This document shows, in pieces, positions 24,792 to 37,816 of a DNA stretch of 64,000 nt. Made by a program: the position numbers and the translations under genes. The DNA is taken from the NCBI GenBank assembly GCA_013115145.1, contig JAAPAO010000010.1:87611-151610 (forward strand), given 5' to 3'. The DNA is from Perkinsus chesapeaki ATCC PRA-425. Lineage: Eukaryota > Protista > Perkinsozoa. The stretch's first letter is position 1. Every line of letters starts with the position of its first letter. Below the pieces are notes generated by a model that was not told where the DNA came from, did no database searches, and saw only the letters and a program-made list of their open reading frames with translations.

Positions 24792-27090
24792 TCATGCTTT
24801 TCTTCGACGATAAAATAATAAATAGCTATTGCTGGTCACTATGCTTGATGGTGCAGAGCTCGGCAACTCCGACACGTGAGCTGATAACAAATAGGACAAC
24901 AGCAAGGAGGTGTGCAACTTACAGTCATCATATCTCCACCATCGACCATCTCCTCCGCAAACATGCGCAGTGTAGTGGCCGAAATCTATCGAACTGGACC
25001 CCGAATGCTCTATGGTAGCGTACCTGTCACACCGACATTTCCCCCAAAATACTAATGGTGCGGTACAAATCATAAACATCTTGTCCGACTACGAAGCCCT
25101 CAATAGGAGCATCCACTCTAAAGGTAATCTTCCTTGCCATACCCGACATGGACCATGTAAACCGCATCAAGCACATCACCTACGCCGGTAATATCTCAGC
25201 GCCGGGGGCACTTTGTTACCAAAACAGTGGGGAGCTCCTCGAGGTCCATACGCTTCTGAGCGTCCACTTTACGTTTGCATTTATCACACGTCCACTGCTC
25301 GTCCCCTAAACAGGCTTTATTCCTCCCTAGTAGCATCATAACATCACCTTTTAACAGTTCTTCCCTCTTGAATTGCTCCAGACACTCCCCCAGTGTAGGT
25401 GCCATGCCAACTGATCGGCTCAATGGCAGCGGGAGGACATAGAACAGCTCCCTAAAACCGTCGATTCCAAGCAGCCCGCCCGTACAGTACCATATATAGC
25501 TACTTTGTTCGGCTCTCATAGTCACATGCACTACAGTGGACAGTCGAGAGATAGACTCCTCTAAATGCATTGGAAATCGCGCTCTGCACAGAAGGGGTAG
25601 AGGATGTCGCCGTAGAGGGAGGAGGAGGAGGCCTGAGATCTGCCATATTTTCCACGTCTTGAGCAGAGCCCCGAAGGTCCAATTAATCTTTGCAAATTTC
25701 ACGGGTTTTCTACTGAGTTATACAAGCCATAATAAGCCCATATCCCAGTACCGACTTATCCTTTTTCAACAGCCTCAAGAGTGAGCTCTTAGATGCTGCC
25801 CTCGAGTCGCTCTTATCCACACCAGACGCCCCGCCCATCTCCGTATTGAGGGCGTCCAGTATGTCACTCAGAAGCTCCTGAGCATCCTGCTGGTTGTAGC
25901 CAGCCCACTGCTTGTTCCTCCTGAAAGAATCTTTCTCCACCACGAAAGATACTCCGAAGGTTGATAGCCGTGCCTTTTCTACCTGCCCATAACCCTCTTA
26001 AATGCCTTTGGTTCCTGGACATCCTTGCTACTTCCTATACGTAACCATTCGCCATCAGCGCTCATTGTTCCTACTACCATAAACGTCCCTGATGAGATCT
26101 CCGAAAGCCGCGCAAACAGCTCCATTTCCGTAACCATCACTCCCAGCCGCCACAAAGCTGTCATACCTTCCGAAGTGAGTGACAGCTAGAGGTGTCAGAA
26201 AGTACCCTACAGCTCGGTAGTGTGCAATAAGCACTGCAACACCGCGTTCATGTAACAGGTATTTCCTAGGTTCCTTAAACCCACCAGGCCCCCTTCAGGA
26301 ACGAACGGTGAAGACGAAGGTGAACAGTCATTGCTGCACTTAGCAGCTACTATGGCATCTGTGCCCATCATATCAATGTCCCAAATCACTATAGTACCTT
26401 TACTTAGAGATGCATCATCATCATCATCAGCTACAACTGGTGCCTGATTAAAGCCAAGTCCATTCCACCAGCCGCCCTACTACCTTATCAGAGCTTTTAG
26501 GTGTCGGCAATGCCTGCTTCATTAGTGGACTTGGCTCTGATGGCTCTGATGGTCACCCTACTGTATATTCCCATACAGTACTACTACTACCTGGCACCCC
26601 TGTTATCTTCTGACTAAAGTAGCTGCCATCAGCAGTAGAATAGCTTCCCGCAGAGCTACTAGCCAACGAGGACAGTCTGATGGTATCTTAGCTCCCACCT
26701 TACCAATCCCACCTACCCTCGACCGTATCGTCGATCAAGACTGAAGCTGCTCCCCGACGATGGCAGGCCTGCAGCGGGTCGTCTGTCCGCTCCTATGGAA
26801 CAATTATAACCTTTCCAATTTCGAGCCTACCTATCATCCCCGAGGCAGCGCTTGAAGAAGTCCGCATATGCATCGGTCGAAAAGCGGCCGATGTGCCCCT
26901 AGACTGCGGTATGGTGGAGCTCAGACCTGTTCAGTATGACAATGATGATATTGAAGTGAGATACCAGTTGGTGTGCCATAGGCTTTGCTCTGGAAGAATG
27001 ATTCACTCCGAATGGGCACTGATCCCGTTCGAGCATGGCCGCCGTTCATTGCCGGATTTTCTGATAGAATTTCAGTAAAAACCAGAGCGG
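24792..27090 (-). CDS. Ubiquitin carboxyl-terminal hydrolase (USP, peptidase C19), multi-exon; start approximate
   Basis: Cys box [30 protein letters not shown] and WTCDKC zinc knuckles, His box GHYTAHV...WWRYDD and terminal YLLFYRR. Confidence 0.92.
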
Positions 27091-27506
27091 ACGGTTGCTA
27101 ATACCTCTGGAATAACGATCTATAGATGAATTAGACGTCACTGGCATTCAAAGGAAGTGCGCAGCAAAAGGGGATTATGAAAAATGTAGAACATGTCAGT
27201 CGCGGACGACGGAGCGATGCACAAGGATGCGCTTTATTAAACTGGCACGATTTATAGTGGTAGATTACGTCACTGGGTTGAATAAACAGACTTAGGCAGG
27301 TCTCAATACTCCAACTACTACACGCGTGTCGGCCCTTTCCTAGGACCAACGACGACGACCTTTTCAAAGTTCAAAAAGGATTTAGCAAACATTGCCAGCC
27401 GACTTCATTAATCCATGGTGTGAACTAGTATCAGTCTGAACTAGTAGTCGCTTTGATTAACGTCTCATCCTCTCCTCACCTCAGTGATGTTGCCTGGCTG
27501 TATTTA

Positions 27507-29143
27507 ATGGACACCGTGACCCCCCACACTTCCTCTACAACTCAGAGCTCCACTACTGCCTACACCCCCAAGCCTGGTCATCATCATCATCAGATCTCAT
27601 CGATGATCCCTATAAGCCCGGAACGTAACTCTATCCTCAACGGCGGCAACACCAGCAGCCGTTCCAGTGGCTACACTCCTGATTCCGAACAGCGACTAAT
27701 GCCTCCCAGCAGCGAGGATCTTTCAAGAGGTCGACAACGACCACCATATACACCGCACTATGAAGATTTTGGATACCCTCCTCGACAGGGGTATCCTGCC
27801 CGGCATTACATGGATCAAGCAACAACATATGGCTATCCCCCTCCTCCCCCTCGAATCCGGTCTCCTCAATACCCTGGATACGGTGGTGTGCCGTATGACC
27901 AAGGCCGCTATGTATCACCGCCTGCCAGGCAGTATCCTACTTACGACAGGGTAGATCGGAGGCCTCCTCCTCCAACCGCCACAGGGCCCTACCCATCCTA
28001 TGGCTACCACAGAGGAGGCCATGATGGAATAGCTGAGATTCGAAGAGCGGCAGAAGACCGTATGATGGCGAGAGACGTGACCAATCGTCGGGAGTATCGT
28101 CTTCCTGGCAACGGGCCTTTGTTGAAGAAGTTCAGGGTCTACCTCGAAAAGCAAGGCCAGGATAACAAGCTCGGCGCAGTGCTTAGTGAAATAACGCTGC
28201 CCGCTGTCAAGGTTGATGAATACGGTGCTGGGTTGAAGGTGAAAAGCGTTATGGAAGGGGAGGACACTGAGAACGTCGGACTGGTAGGTCGTCGATTGGA
28301 TCTTCGAAGGCCTATCTTAACCTTTATACCGGCCTTATACTTTATAACAGCTAGTTTTGCTTAGTTGGCGCGATGGAATAGCAAGGCTCGAGGCCACGAT
28401 CGAGATGTTAGAGTCGGTGACGTTATTGTGGCAGTTGTCGACGGTATGCCACCGGAGTCCATAGGACCCGACGCATCAGCACGGAAATTAATGGACAAAT
28501 TAAAAGTGAGATGTCCCAGATGATGCCAACGCCAACCTGCCCCATAGGATTGCCTCGCATGCTACCCCACCATTATAATGGACGTTATTAGGGAAGTGCC
28601 TCCACTACAGGTAAGCAGCAGCAGCAGCTCATCCTCCACCACACGGGCGTACTATCACTTATGCACTTAGCCCTCTGATTGGCCTCAAACTCAACAGCTA
28701 ATGTTAAAGTCATTGGAGGGTTTACGGAGGAATTTGGAAGGAGGAAAGGACCAAGCCGTCACTTGGTTTGTTGGCAGCTGCGCCCCGATAATCCTATCGC
28801 CGATGAGTCAGCTCTGGTAAAGTGGTCTGGTCTTATGTTATTATAGCCAACCTCTGCCAGGTGCCCTCTTTGCGAATGTAAGCAGCAAACCTTAGGAGAC
28901 TATCTCGATCATTTCGCTTCGCCGGAGCACCACGATAACCGCGTTTCAACTGCGTCAAAGTTCGATAGCCGCTGGGCAAGGTATGGCATGTTCCCTCCTG
29001 TCGAGTTATCCCATCTCCTCAGGTTGCCAGTTGGTAACGTTGACCACTATTGGTTTGAGTACTGTTACGGTTTCACTTCCATCGTCGATCCTGCCGAGCT
29101 AGACCCCTATGCTGAGTTCTGCAGCTACTCCCCTGACCTCTAG
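27507..29143 (+). CDS. Hypothetical protein: Pro/Tyr-rich N-terminus, PDZ-like segment, C2H2-type zinc finger
   Basis: Large first exon 27507-28364, then LKVKSV...DVRVGDVIVAVVDG (PDZ-like), then CPLCECKQQTLGDYLDHFASPEH (CxxC...H...H). Confidence 0.55.
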
Positions 29144-29316
29144 TTTTCTGTTGTGATTGTTTTCCCACGTAAGTTGATGATTCCTGCCGACAATGAGAAT
29201 TGATTTATTTTGTACATTTCGTTTCTGCGGCTTGTTATTTCCAGCCGGAAAAAGTGCTGTTTTTCGTTTGAGTTGCTGCCGGTTGAAGTAGAAAGCACAC
29301 TGATAATTTCTCCACC

Positions 29317-29867
29317 ATGTCATCGTCGACCACCTCAACATCGGCACAAAACCAGCCGCCCAAACCGATGCCCAAGCTGACACTAGAGCAAGCAAGGGAG
29401 GCCATCGACCTTTGTATTTCTAAAGTCAAGGAGCCCGAAAACCGCCAGAGATTCGAAGGTGGAGATGGGCAACTCTGCGAACCCATTTTTACGCATCAGA
29501 TATCGTTACCGAGTTGGAGAAGGAACAGGACCCGATGATCAAGATGCAGAAAAGGATGACAACTCTACTGCCGGCTGTTCAGGAAGTTCTCGGCGATTCA
29601 ATTAAACACTTTGGTGAGTACTGCTTTCGTTACATATCCGTCTTGAGTGTTTTGTGTAGGGTTTGATACCGATTCCCAATCAATAATGAATGGTATTATG
29701 CAAATACAAAGCTACTCTCTTACCGACCCGATAGTAGCGAATGGCATGACCAAGGTAAGAAGCCGCCCCGGCGCTATTATGAGGTGTTGCAGATCATGAG
29801 AGCAATGGGCGGAGATTTCTCGGCTATTCTGGAAGAAGATGATGACGAGTGTGAAGAAGTGGAATAA
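29317..29867 (+). CDS. Protein C10 (C12orf57)-like, multi-exon
   Basis: LTLEQAREAIDLCISKVKEPENRQRFE...LLPAVQEVLGDSIKHF|GFDTD...SYSLTDPIVA resembles the C10 family pattern (recalled, not searched). Confidence 0.6.
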
Positions 29868-30054
29868 ATCCCCTTTAACCGATATTTAACAAATACCTAT
29901 GGCGTAGCCATTATGCTGCAAGTTCTCCAATTTGCTATTGTCTTGCGTTATCTGTTATTCAGTCGGGAAACTTACAAACACAACGCCAATAGAAACGAAA
30001 GAAAGAGTGCTAATCTCTCCGAAAAACATTAAAAAAAATCAAATAATTGAGCTC

Positions 30055-31757
30055 TCACATTTTCTCCGCCAGAATAAAATATCTGAAAGCAACTTCGATG
30101 GCTTGGTCGTATTCACTCAATTGCTTCGAGCAACGTATCCTTACGTGGGCGTAAAAATTCCACTCTCACCGCCTGAAACAAGTCCTTCCGCTCCATGAGC
30201 CAACATCTTGGATGTGGCCAAACCTCCTTGGGGAGCTATATGGACAGTCTCGAGGAGACCCACCAATAGACTGAAGGACGAAGAATTACATACAACACAC
30301 AGGGGAGAGGAAAACAACCTACCTGTTGAATGCTCTACCCATCACTGACATTTGCATGCCTTGCAAGGACCATGGATCTGATCACAATCCCGTCAAATTT
30401 CCGCCAAGCCGGCGACTCGAGAGAAGCTGCATTTCATAGGGCGAGAAGCAGGCGTAGAAGAGACCTTACTTGCTAGTGGTTCGTACCACGGGACGTCGTT
30501 GTCGCCATTAACCGTTTTAGCTTCCTCACACATATCAAAATCTTCAATCACTTTAAATCCAACGCTCTTCAACTGCTTCACGACATCGGATGCAGGAATG
30601 ACGTTCGAGATGCCTACACTATAAGCTGAGGGAGGGGTTAGCCCACATGTTCCACCTACCGTTCCCGCGCTCGATAGCTCTCTTAATTTTTTGATGGGAT
30701 GGGTCCTTAGGGTTGTATCTGTTGGGGAATAGCGCTAACTTCTCTTAGGGTTCTGAGTGAGTTTTACTTATCAGTCATAGCCCATTCGTAAGTTAAAAGT
30801 TTTCCTCCTTTCTTTAAAGCTTTAAAAGCCTCAGTAAAAGTTGGTACACGATCTTGAGTATGTACGGATGATTCACAATAATATCTGATATAATATTCCT
30901 CTCAGTGATCCTCCAACATCTCCTATTTACACCGCGTCGAGGCTCTCAGGCTCGAATACTTTCGGTACGATATTAGTAAAATCTCCTTGAACATAATTGC
31001 ATCGATCCTTCATCCATTTAGATAAATCCCTAGTATGACGTTTAGCTCGATTAACCTGTTTAAGAAATAATAAAGTGTAAATGAGGATACTAACCTGATA
31101 TTGATTAATGGTAACACCAGTAACTGTCGCACCAGAGAATCTGATAATAATAATAATGATCATCGAGATAAATCAGATATGTTATTATTATTCTTACCCA
31201 ACAACAGTTCTAAGTGGTCCTCCAACACCCATACCCAAATCTGCTACTTTCATACCATCTTTGAGGCCCAGCTTCAGAGCTATCAAATGCCTGGCAAGTA
31301 GCATGGCATTTTACGATGAAAGTACAGCTTCAACTTACTCAAGCCTGGAAATGGACGCTTCTCTGCTTTCGCCTTTCCTCCGGGGAGCGAAATGAAAGCT
31401 CTGGCCCCAGCCGTACTCATAGAAGTCAGTCGCTATATTATAATATCTGACACACACCAGCATCGACGGAAGCACTGGCTGAAGCCTTGACACTCACTCA
31501 TCGGTGCAGACTTTATCGTCATGAGATAGAGTAGCCGACTCTGCCTTTCCTTCGAACTTAGAATCATACGATTTGAAAATCTTATCACGGTCGTTACCTA
31601 TACCAACAACAATAAGCATGCGCCGAGGTAGGATGCGCGTACTTATGATGGCCATGATGCTGTCGCTACTGCGAACAACGGGACCAAGGAAAATAACGGC
31701 CGAGAGAACGAGAATCGCACCCGCGCCGAGGTGTGGTGCGTAGTCGAAAATAAACAT
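30055..31757 (-). CDS. SMT: Sterol C24-methyltransferase, copy A
   Basis: [18 protein letters not shown] motif [43 protein letters not shown], and C-terminal [10 protein letters not shown]|YFILAEKM*. Confidence 0.92.
30764..31293. repeat. 530-bp near-identical direct repeat, partner at 33076-33605
   Basis: Exons and introns are identical except for 3 substitutions found by eye. The flanks diverge sharply. Confidence 0.9.
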
Positions 31758-32399
31758 TTAAGCAATGGCACTGCGAAGCTAAAGATGATAATACAGTGGG
31801 ATAAGAGGCAGTAACAACTGAACAGCTACAAGAGAGCAGCAGCGTTCCAGGCGAAGCTGAAGATGGCCGAGGAGGCGCGCCCACCCCTCGAATCCTAATG
31901 AACATGAAACGAATCTTCACAGTGCGCAACCTCAGCGCGCACCGTAAAAAGAAATGAAAGTCAAAATGCTTCTATCGAGCAACGCTAAATGGTTCAATAG
32001 GGAGAGCTTTTTAACCGAGAGAAGCTAAAGGCAGACACAGCTGGCAACTAAACACAGGGAGCCAGTAGAATAATCGGGCCAAAGCCCGTAGTGTATGAAC
32101 CACGAAAAGGAATAAGCCCCTGCCAATCGAATAGAAGGCCATCATGGCTTCTCGGCGAGGATTGTGTAACTGAGATAAAAGAATATAGACTACGACAACA
32201 TATTAAAGAGTCTAAATCAACGTGAGCATCTAATCGATACTCTATTCGACCCTCACGAATACAACACCAAGCACGCGTGCACGCGTGCAAGCAAGCAAGC
32301 AGCCAAGAGCGTTGTTTCGATAAGAAGAGGCGACTTTTATCGATAGAGCCCACAAAGCGGCGAGTTATGTCGCTCGAGAAATAGACCGGATGAAGGGCC

Positions 32400-34074
32400 G
32401 AAGATAACGCTCCTCCTGGGAACTTGAGAACCTTGATATCGGGCTATAGGCCATCACACGCGTTGCTAGAAGAAAACAGAAGGCAGCCGCCGTCTACGTG
32501 GTTGTGAAGATGCCTGTGCGGCCGCCAGCCACTAAAGCCTTAGCGGTATCGCCGAGCATCTTGGCAGTATCAGCTGCATTCTTAGGGGCTATACCGATCA
32601 CTTCCAACATCTTGGTGAAAGCCCTAATCAATAGACAATTAGTAACGGTCGGAAAGTAGTCAAACTCACAGGTTGAAAATCCTGCCAATTCTGGATACTT
32701 GCATGCCCTGTAAAGACCATGGACCTGACAACAGTGCTTAGTTAATGGGGAAGATGTCGATGCTGCTGCTGCTGCTGCTCACTGGAGAGGGGGTGATACC
32801 ACGGTACATCGTTATCTCCGTTAATGATCTTGGCCTCTTCGATCATATCATAATTCTCGATTATTTTAAAGCCAACGCTTTCCATTTGTTTAACAATATC
32901 AGCGGCAAGTATAATATTAGCTATACCTGAATACGGTTGCTCCAGCAGCAGCAGTACTGGCGCGAGATGGCATACTTACCATTGCCGCGTTCGATACCTC
33001 TTTTGATTTCGGCATGCTCGGTGTTCGTAGGGTCGTACCTGAGACATGAAGAGACAGTGTCAATGAGATCTGTGGTTACTTATCAGTCATAGCCCATTCG
33101 TAAGTTAAAAGTTTTCCTCCTTTCTTTAAAGCTTTAAAAGCCTCAGTAAAAGTTGGTACACGATCTTGAGTATGTACGGATGATTCACAATAATATCTGA
33201 TATAATATTCCTCTCAGTGATCCTCCAACATCTCCTATTTACACCGCGTCGAGGCTTTCAGGCTCAAATACTTTCGGTACGATATTAGTAAAATCTCCTT
33301 GAACATAATTGCATCGATCCTTCATCCATTTAGATAAATCCCTAGTATGACGTTTAGCTCGATTAACCTATTTAAGAAATAATAAAGTGTAAATGAGGAT
33401 ACTAACCTGATATTGATTAATGGTAACACCAGTAACTGTCGCACCAGAGAATCTGATAATAATAATAATGATCATCGAGATAAATCAGATATGTTATTAT
33501 TATTCTTACCCAACAACAGTTCTAAGTGGTCCTCCAACACCCATACCCAAATCTGCTACTTTCATACCATCTTTGAGGCCCAGCTTCAGAGCTATCAAAT
33601 GCCTGTGATCCACAACAGTTATCTCCACAAGTCACCCCAAAACCTACTCCAGTCTGGCCAGAGAAGCCTCGAAGCTCTCGCCCTTCCTGCGAGGGGCAAA
33701 ATGAAAGCTTTGTCCCCAACCATACTCGTAAAAATCAGTGACAATATCGTAATATCTGAACAGAGCCATTCGTCCCGATGACCGGGTAAGATACCCTCAC
33801 TCATTAGTGCAGGTCTGATCGTGGTGATCCAGAGTTTCATGAACGGACTTGCCCTCAAACTTGGAGTCGTAAGATTCGAACGTCTTCTCATGGTTGTTGG
33901 CTGAAAGGTAGCTAGCTGCATTCAACTGTCGCCACCGTTGCCCTTCCCTAATGTACATATCAAGGCCTTAACACTGTCACTGCGCCGAATAATTGGGCCG
34001 ATGAATAAGGCTAAGAATGCAGCCACGACAAAGGAGCTGACAGCGATGAGGGAAGTGGTATCGATTGAGAGCAT
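32400..34074 (-). CDS. SMT: Sterol C24-methyltransferase, copy B; last exon uncertain
   Basis: MLSIDTT...[44 protein letters not shown], the same SAM motif, and [19 protein letters not shown]...[10 protein letters not shown]. Confidence 0.9.
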
Positions 34075-34650
34075 CTCAACAAGGTTGGGAATATATAAAG
34101 GGGTGGAGGTAACTGCGAATAAGTCCTCCACTGCTGGCACTAAACTCGAGCACACTCGAGCCAAGCAAAAGGGATAGAAGATGATAAAGTTGTGGGATTC
34201 TTCTGTGTCATAATTTCAGCCCAAAAATCGTCCAGGTTAAGGACTTCTGGCGCCAAAGCTAGCTCTGTGTGGGTACTCGGTGGAGCGTACTATACACTTA
34301 ACCAATCGCCTCCCTATGGAGCAGCATTCTATATACGCTGCGCTCCTAAGCTCGCTGCCAACAGCTCAAAATCTAAACTCTGCCTTTTCGTTGGCCATTC
34401 GTTTATGATTCTTCAGCCAGAGATTGTTCTACAATTTTCAACTTTGCCCTACACGCATGCGCATGCGCCACTAGGAATGGCATTCCTATTATGGAAAGCG
34501 CCGTCAAAGCAGGCGCTTGTGATACCAACGATCGTGTGCTTACTAACACTTGTTACGCCACGCGCCTAGACAATGTTATACAACGAATGGAAGTTCGCTC
34601 CCTCGTATTGAACAACAACACAAGCATACTCGACATACAAGATAACAGTA

Positions 34651-36175
34651 TCACAGTCTTGGACCATTAGCGAAGCGTCGGACCTTCGGCTGGGCCAGGA
34701 ACGCTTCAATGTCACGCCAGAAGGCAGCCTGAAATGATACTCGCAATTTCAGGTTATACGAGCCATCACACCTGCACTGCCGCGTCGGTATGCCGCTGGT
34801 TCTTCTTGAGCTTCAACGTCTTCACATTCCAAGTGCCACCAACAGTTTGAGGGTCAGCAACATCATCCTCGTATCTGAGTCGCACGTCGTTTCGTCATCA
34901 CCACACAGCTGCAATCTCCCACCGAATGCTGACGCCAAGAACACTATGGAAAAGGTCCGCCTCGGACTTGAATGGCCAGTGCTTCAGTTGCCATCGCTTC
35001 CCGTCGAGTACAATGGCCACACAGGACTTCCAATCGTTTCTAACAGGCGAAATGGAGCAGCAGCCATCACCTGAGTTGCCCTACTTCCTGAATGCTGTCA
35101 CACTATCCACTATTCTGAACTCCCAATTGAAACCACCGACCTTCTTATTGAACGTAACCGGGCCGTCCGGTCGGGCCATTCGCCCTAAAGCACTAGCCAT
35201 CACAAGCACACTGTATGGGTCGTAGTCTACTGGGATCGGGCTCTTGGTAAACTCCATCCTCCAGAAACTTCTTAGCGTTGAGTATGTTAATACGGGAAGC
35301 ACTACTACTAATAGAGGGGACCACCTGAAATCAACTCCGCTGGAGCAAAGACCACGAACCCCTATAGAAAACTATATTATTTATTATATTTATTTGTCCT
35401 AATAAATCCTAGAATCCTATTTGTTCTGCCACATCTTGGCATTCCTGTCAGTATTCCCGAGGAACCCGCCGCCGGCCTCCTCTCAGCCTTTACAGAAATA
35501 CTGCTGTCTTACAATAGTTGGTTTGAACTTTTTCTGCGCGATATCGTTGATCTCTTCAATCAGTGGACGGGCTTTAGGTGCCGAGGTGTGCGGCGCCGTC
35601 GAGATATGCGTTCGAGCGCGTTTCTTGGGCTGCGCGTCATCGTCTTGCATCGCCCCTCGGGTGCCCTTTCGAGCCAAGCCTACAGCGCATTCAGGCACCC
35701 CTGATCGGCATCTCACCTGATGATTGTTGTTGTTGCTTTCCTTTGAGTTTCTCTGGTGAGAGCCTAGCCTTATGGCCCAGGAAAACCTCAACCGGCGGCA
35801 GATCCTCGGTCGGCAGGCCTAGCTCTTCACGACCATAACGAACAGCCAAATCTTGCTTTACGTCCTAATAAAAGCAGTCTACAACAGGAGAGTCAAGGGA
35901 CCAGATGAAGTGAGGAATTTATTTCAAATCCAAGGAGCCCTGAAGTCTGTATTCTTATAGCAAGTCGATGATCCTATAATCACTCAATATACATCATAGG
36001 TGGTCCGATAAGACTCTGTAACCCGTTCGCCTACAGCACCCTCTGGCAATCGCGAGCTCACCTTATTGGTGAGGATCCTCCGACCGTTGCTCTGCAACTC
36101 GGCCTCGTACTTCCGTAGGGCCGTAAGCTTCACTGGGGCTTGCATCCATTCGGGTGTGTGCGTTACCCGAGCCAT
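34651..36175 (-). CDS. CDC73: CDC73/parafibromin (PAF1 complex subunit), multi-exon; start approximate
   Basis: C-terminal domain DWKSCVAIVLDGKRWQLKHWPFKSEADLFHSVLG...RYEDDVADPQTVGTWNVKTLKLKKNQRHTDAAV|AAFWRDIEAFL matches the CDC73_C pattern. Confidence 0.8.
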
Positions 36176-36455
36176 ATGCAGCCACAGAGGGACGAAGGAG
36201 CTACAGGACAAGGAATGAAAACTAGAACGCAACAACTACCAGAATGATCGGTGTCAAGTATAACGGTTTTTACTGCTTCAGTGAGGCAGCGATGGTACAA
36301 TAAGAGCAATGCCCACACAATTTCCAAAAACAATACACAAGGCCAGCAGCAGCAGCAGCACACGCACTGCCGATACTATGTTGTCGAATAGTACAGTAAC
36401 GAAGACTGTGGTGAAGTAGCACCTCAAGTCGTTCACAAGAGCGCTCAATCAGACA

Positions 36456-36935
36456 CTAAAAACCAAGCATGAAGCGCTCCAATTCGGCCTCCCCACGAGC
36501 AGCAGCTCGCTTTTCTCTGTCAGACTTCTGCTCTCCCCGATCAACATGTCGATGATGATACCTTATTCTCTTGTCGACCCCTTTACATGGGCTAGCTGAA
36601 GTGACGAAACCGAAGCAACCAAGACTCGACGGTGAGGGGCTTTTTCGCCCTGCCACGCTGCTCGTGGATGTGCTCGACGGAGGCGGAGGCGACAGCGGAG
36701 GCGTAGACTTCGCACGGTTCTCCGATCGATCTTCTGGTCTTTGTTCGTCGAGCAGATGTTTCTCGAATTCCGCGTTCTTTGTCTGTTCATCACCAACACT
36801 GCTACTTGGCTTCATCGAACGCACCTTAGGTTGAGGCCAGAGCCTTCGACACACTTTTAAAATGATAAGAGTGATAATGGTACTTAGTATCGGCCGAAGC
36901 CAGTCGTTCTCTAGCAGTAGGAAGGTGAAAGGCAT
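36456..36935 (-). CDS. Hypothetical single-pass membrane protein (159 aa)
   Basis: ATG-initiated ORF with an N-terminal hydrophobic helix (ILSTIITLIILKVC) and a Ser/Pro-rich tail. Confidence 0.5.
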   Translation of the reverse strand: MPFTFLLLENDWLRPILSTIITLIILKVCRRLWPQPKVRSMKPSSSVGDEQTKNAEFEKHLLDEQRPEDRSENRAKSTPPLSPPPPSSTSTSSVAGRKSPSPSSLGCFGFVTSASPCKGVDKRIRYHHRHVDRGEQKSDREKRAAARGEAELERFMLGF

Positions 36936-37816
36936 TTAGACAGAATATCCATAACCTAACCAGCACTATTTAACTACCATATCTTACAGGAACATTCTTA
37001 TACCCATCATTGGTGGGTTGATGAGCCATCAAATGAGTACCAACGGACGACTTATAGCGGAGGAGCAGGTAAATCCACACCAACAGCAGCGGCGCTAGTT
37101 AATCATTCGCCTCTGAGAGGGGATGCTTATATAGGTCCTTATTACTGCATTAACCATTCAAGAGAGTATTCGTATCGATCAACTCCGACAAGACCCTCCT
37201 AACAGTGGGCACCCAGTGGGTTCGTACAACAAACGTGGATGGCAGCAATTATTGTGTTGGAGGCTGCTCTACGAAATGGATGCAGTAAAATAACGACCAC
37301 TGCCTTGCCATTCCCCTCGCAACCCAACATGTATAATAGCAATAACAACTAAAGAAGACATAATGGTCAACGACCATAACAAAGAGTGGTACTAAACACT
37401 CGAGGGGCTATCACTCGAGAATGCTCCTGGGCCTTATAGCACATATTACTGCGATTCACCCAATCTGAACGAGAACGATTCCGCAGTTCCCAATCCTGCG
37501 TTCCCTCATTACTGGGCTTCAGCTTGCCAGAGTCGTATACACCAGCTAGATGAGCTACCCTTTGCGGGGGCTCAGCTCCATTATTCACTGGCATGCAACC
37601 ATCGGACGATTTGGGCAAGGAGTGGTATGAAAAACTGCCGTACCTACAGAAACCTGCTTCCCGATATCCAAAAGAAACTATGCTATTTCAACTATGCTAT
37701 TTCAGTGTTAAATCTAATGCATGCCCAGTAACAGATCTAACAAGCGTCACAATGTAAGTTGCCGAAAGGACAACACGAGCGCCCAGTGCGGCAAAACCTT
37801 ATAGTGCAGAGACGAA

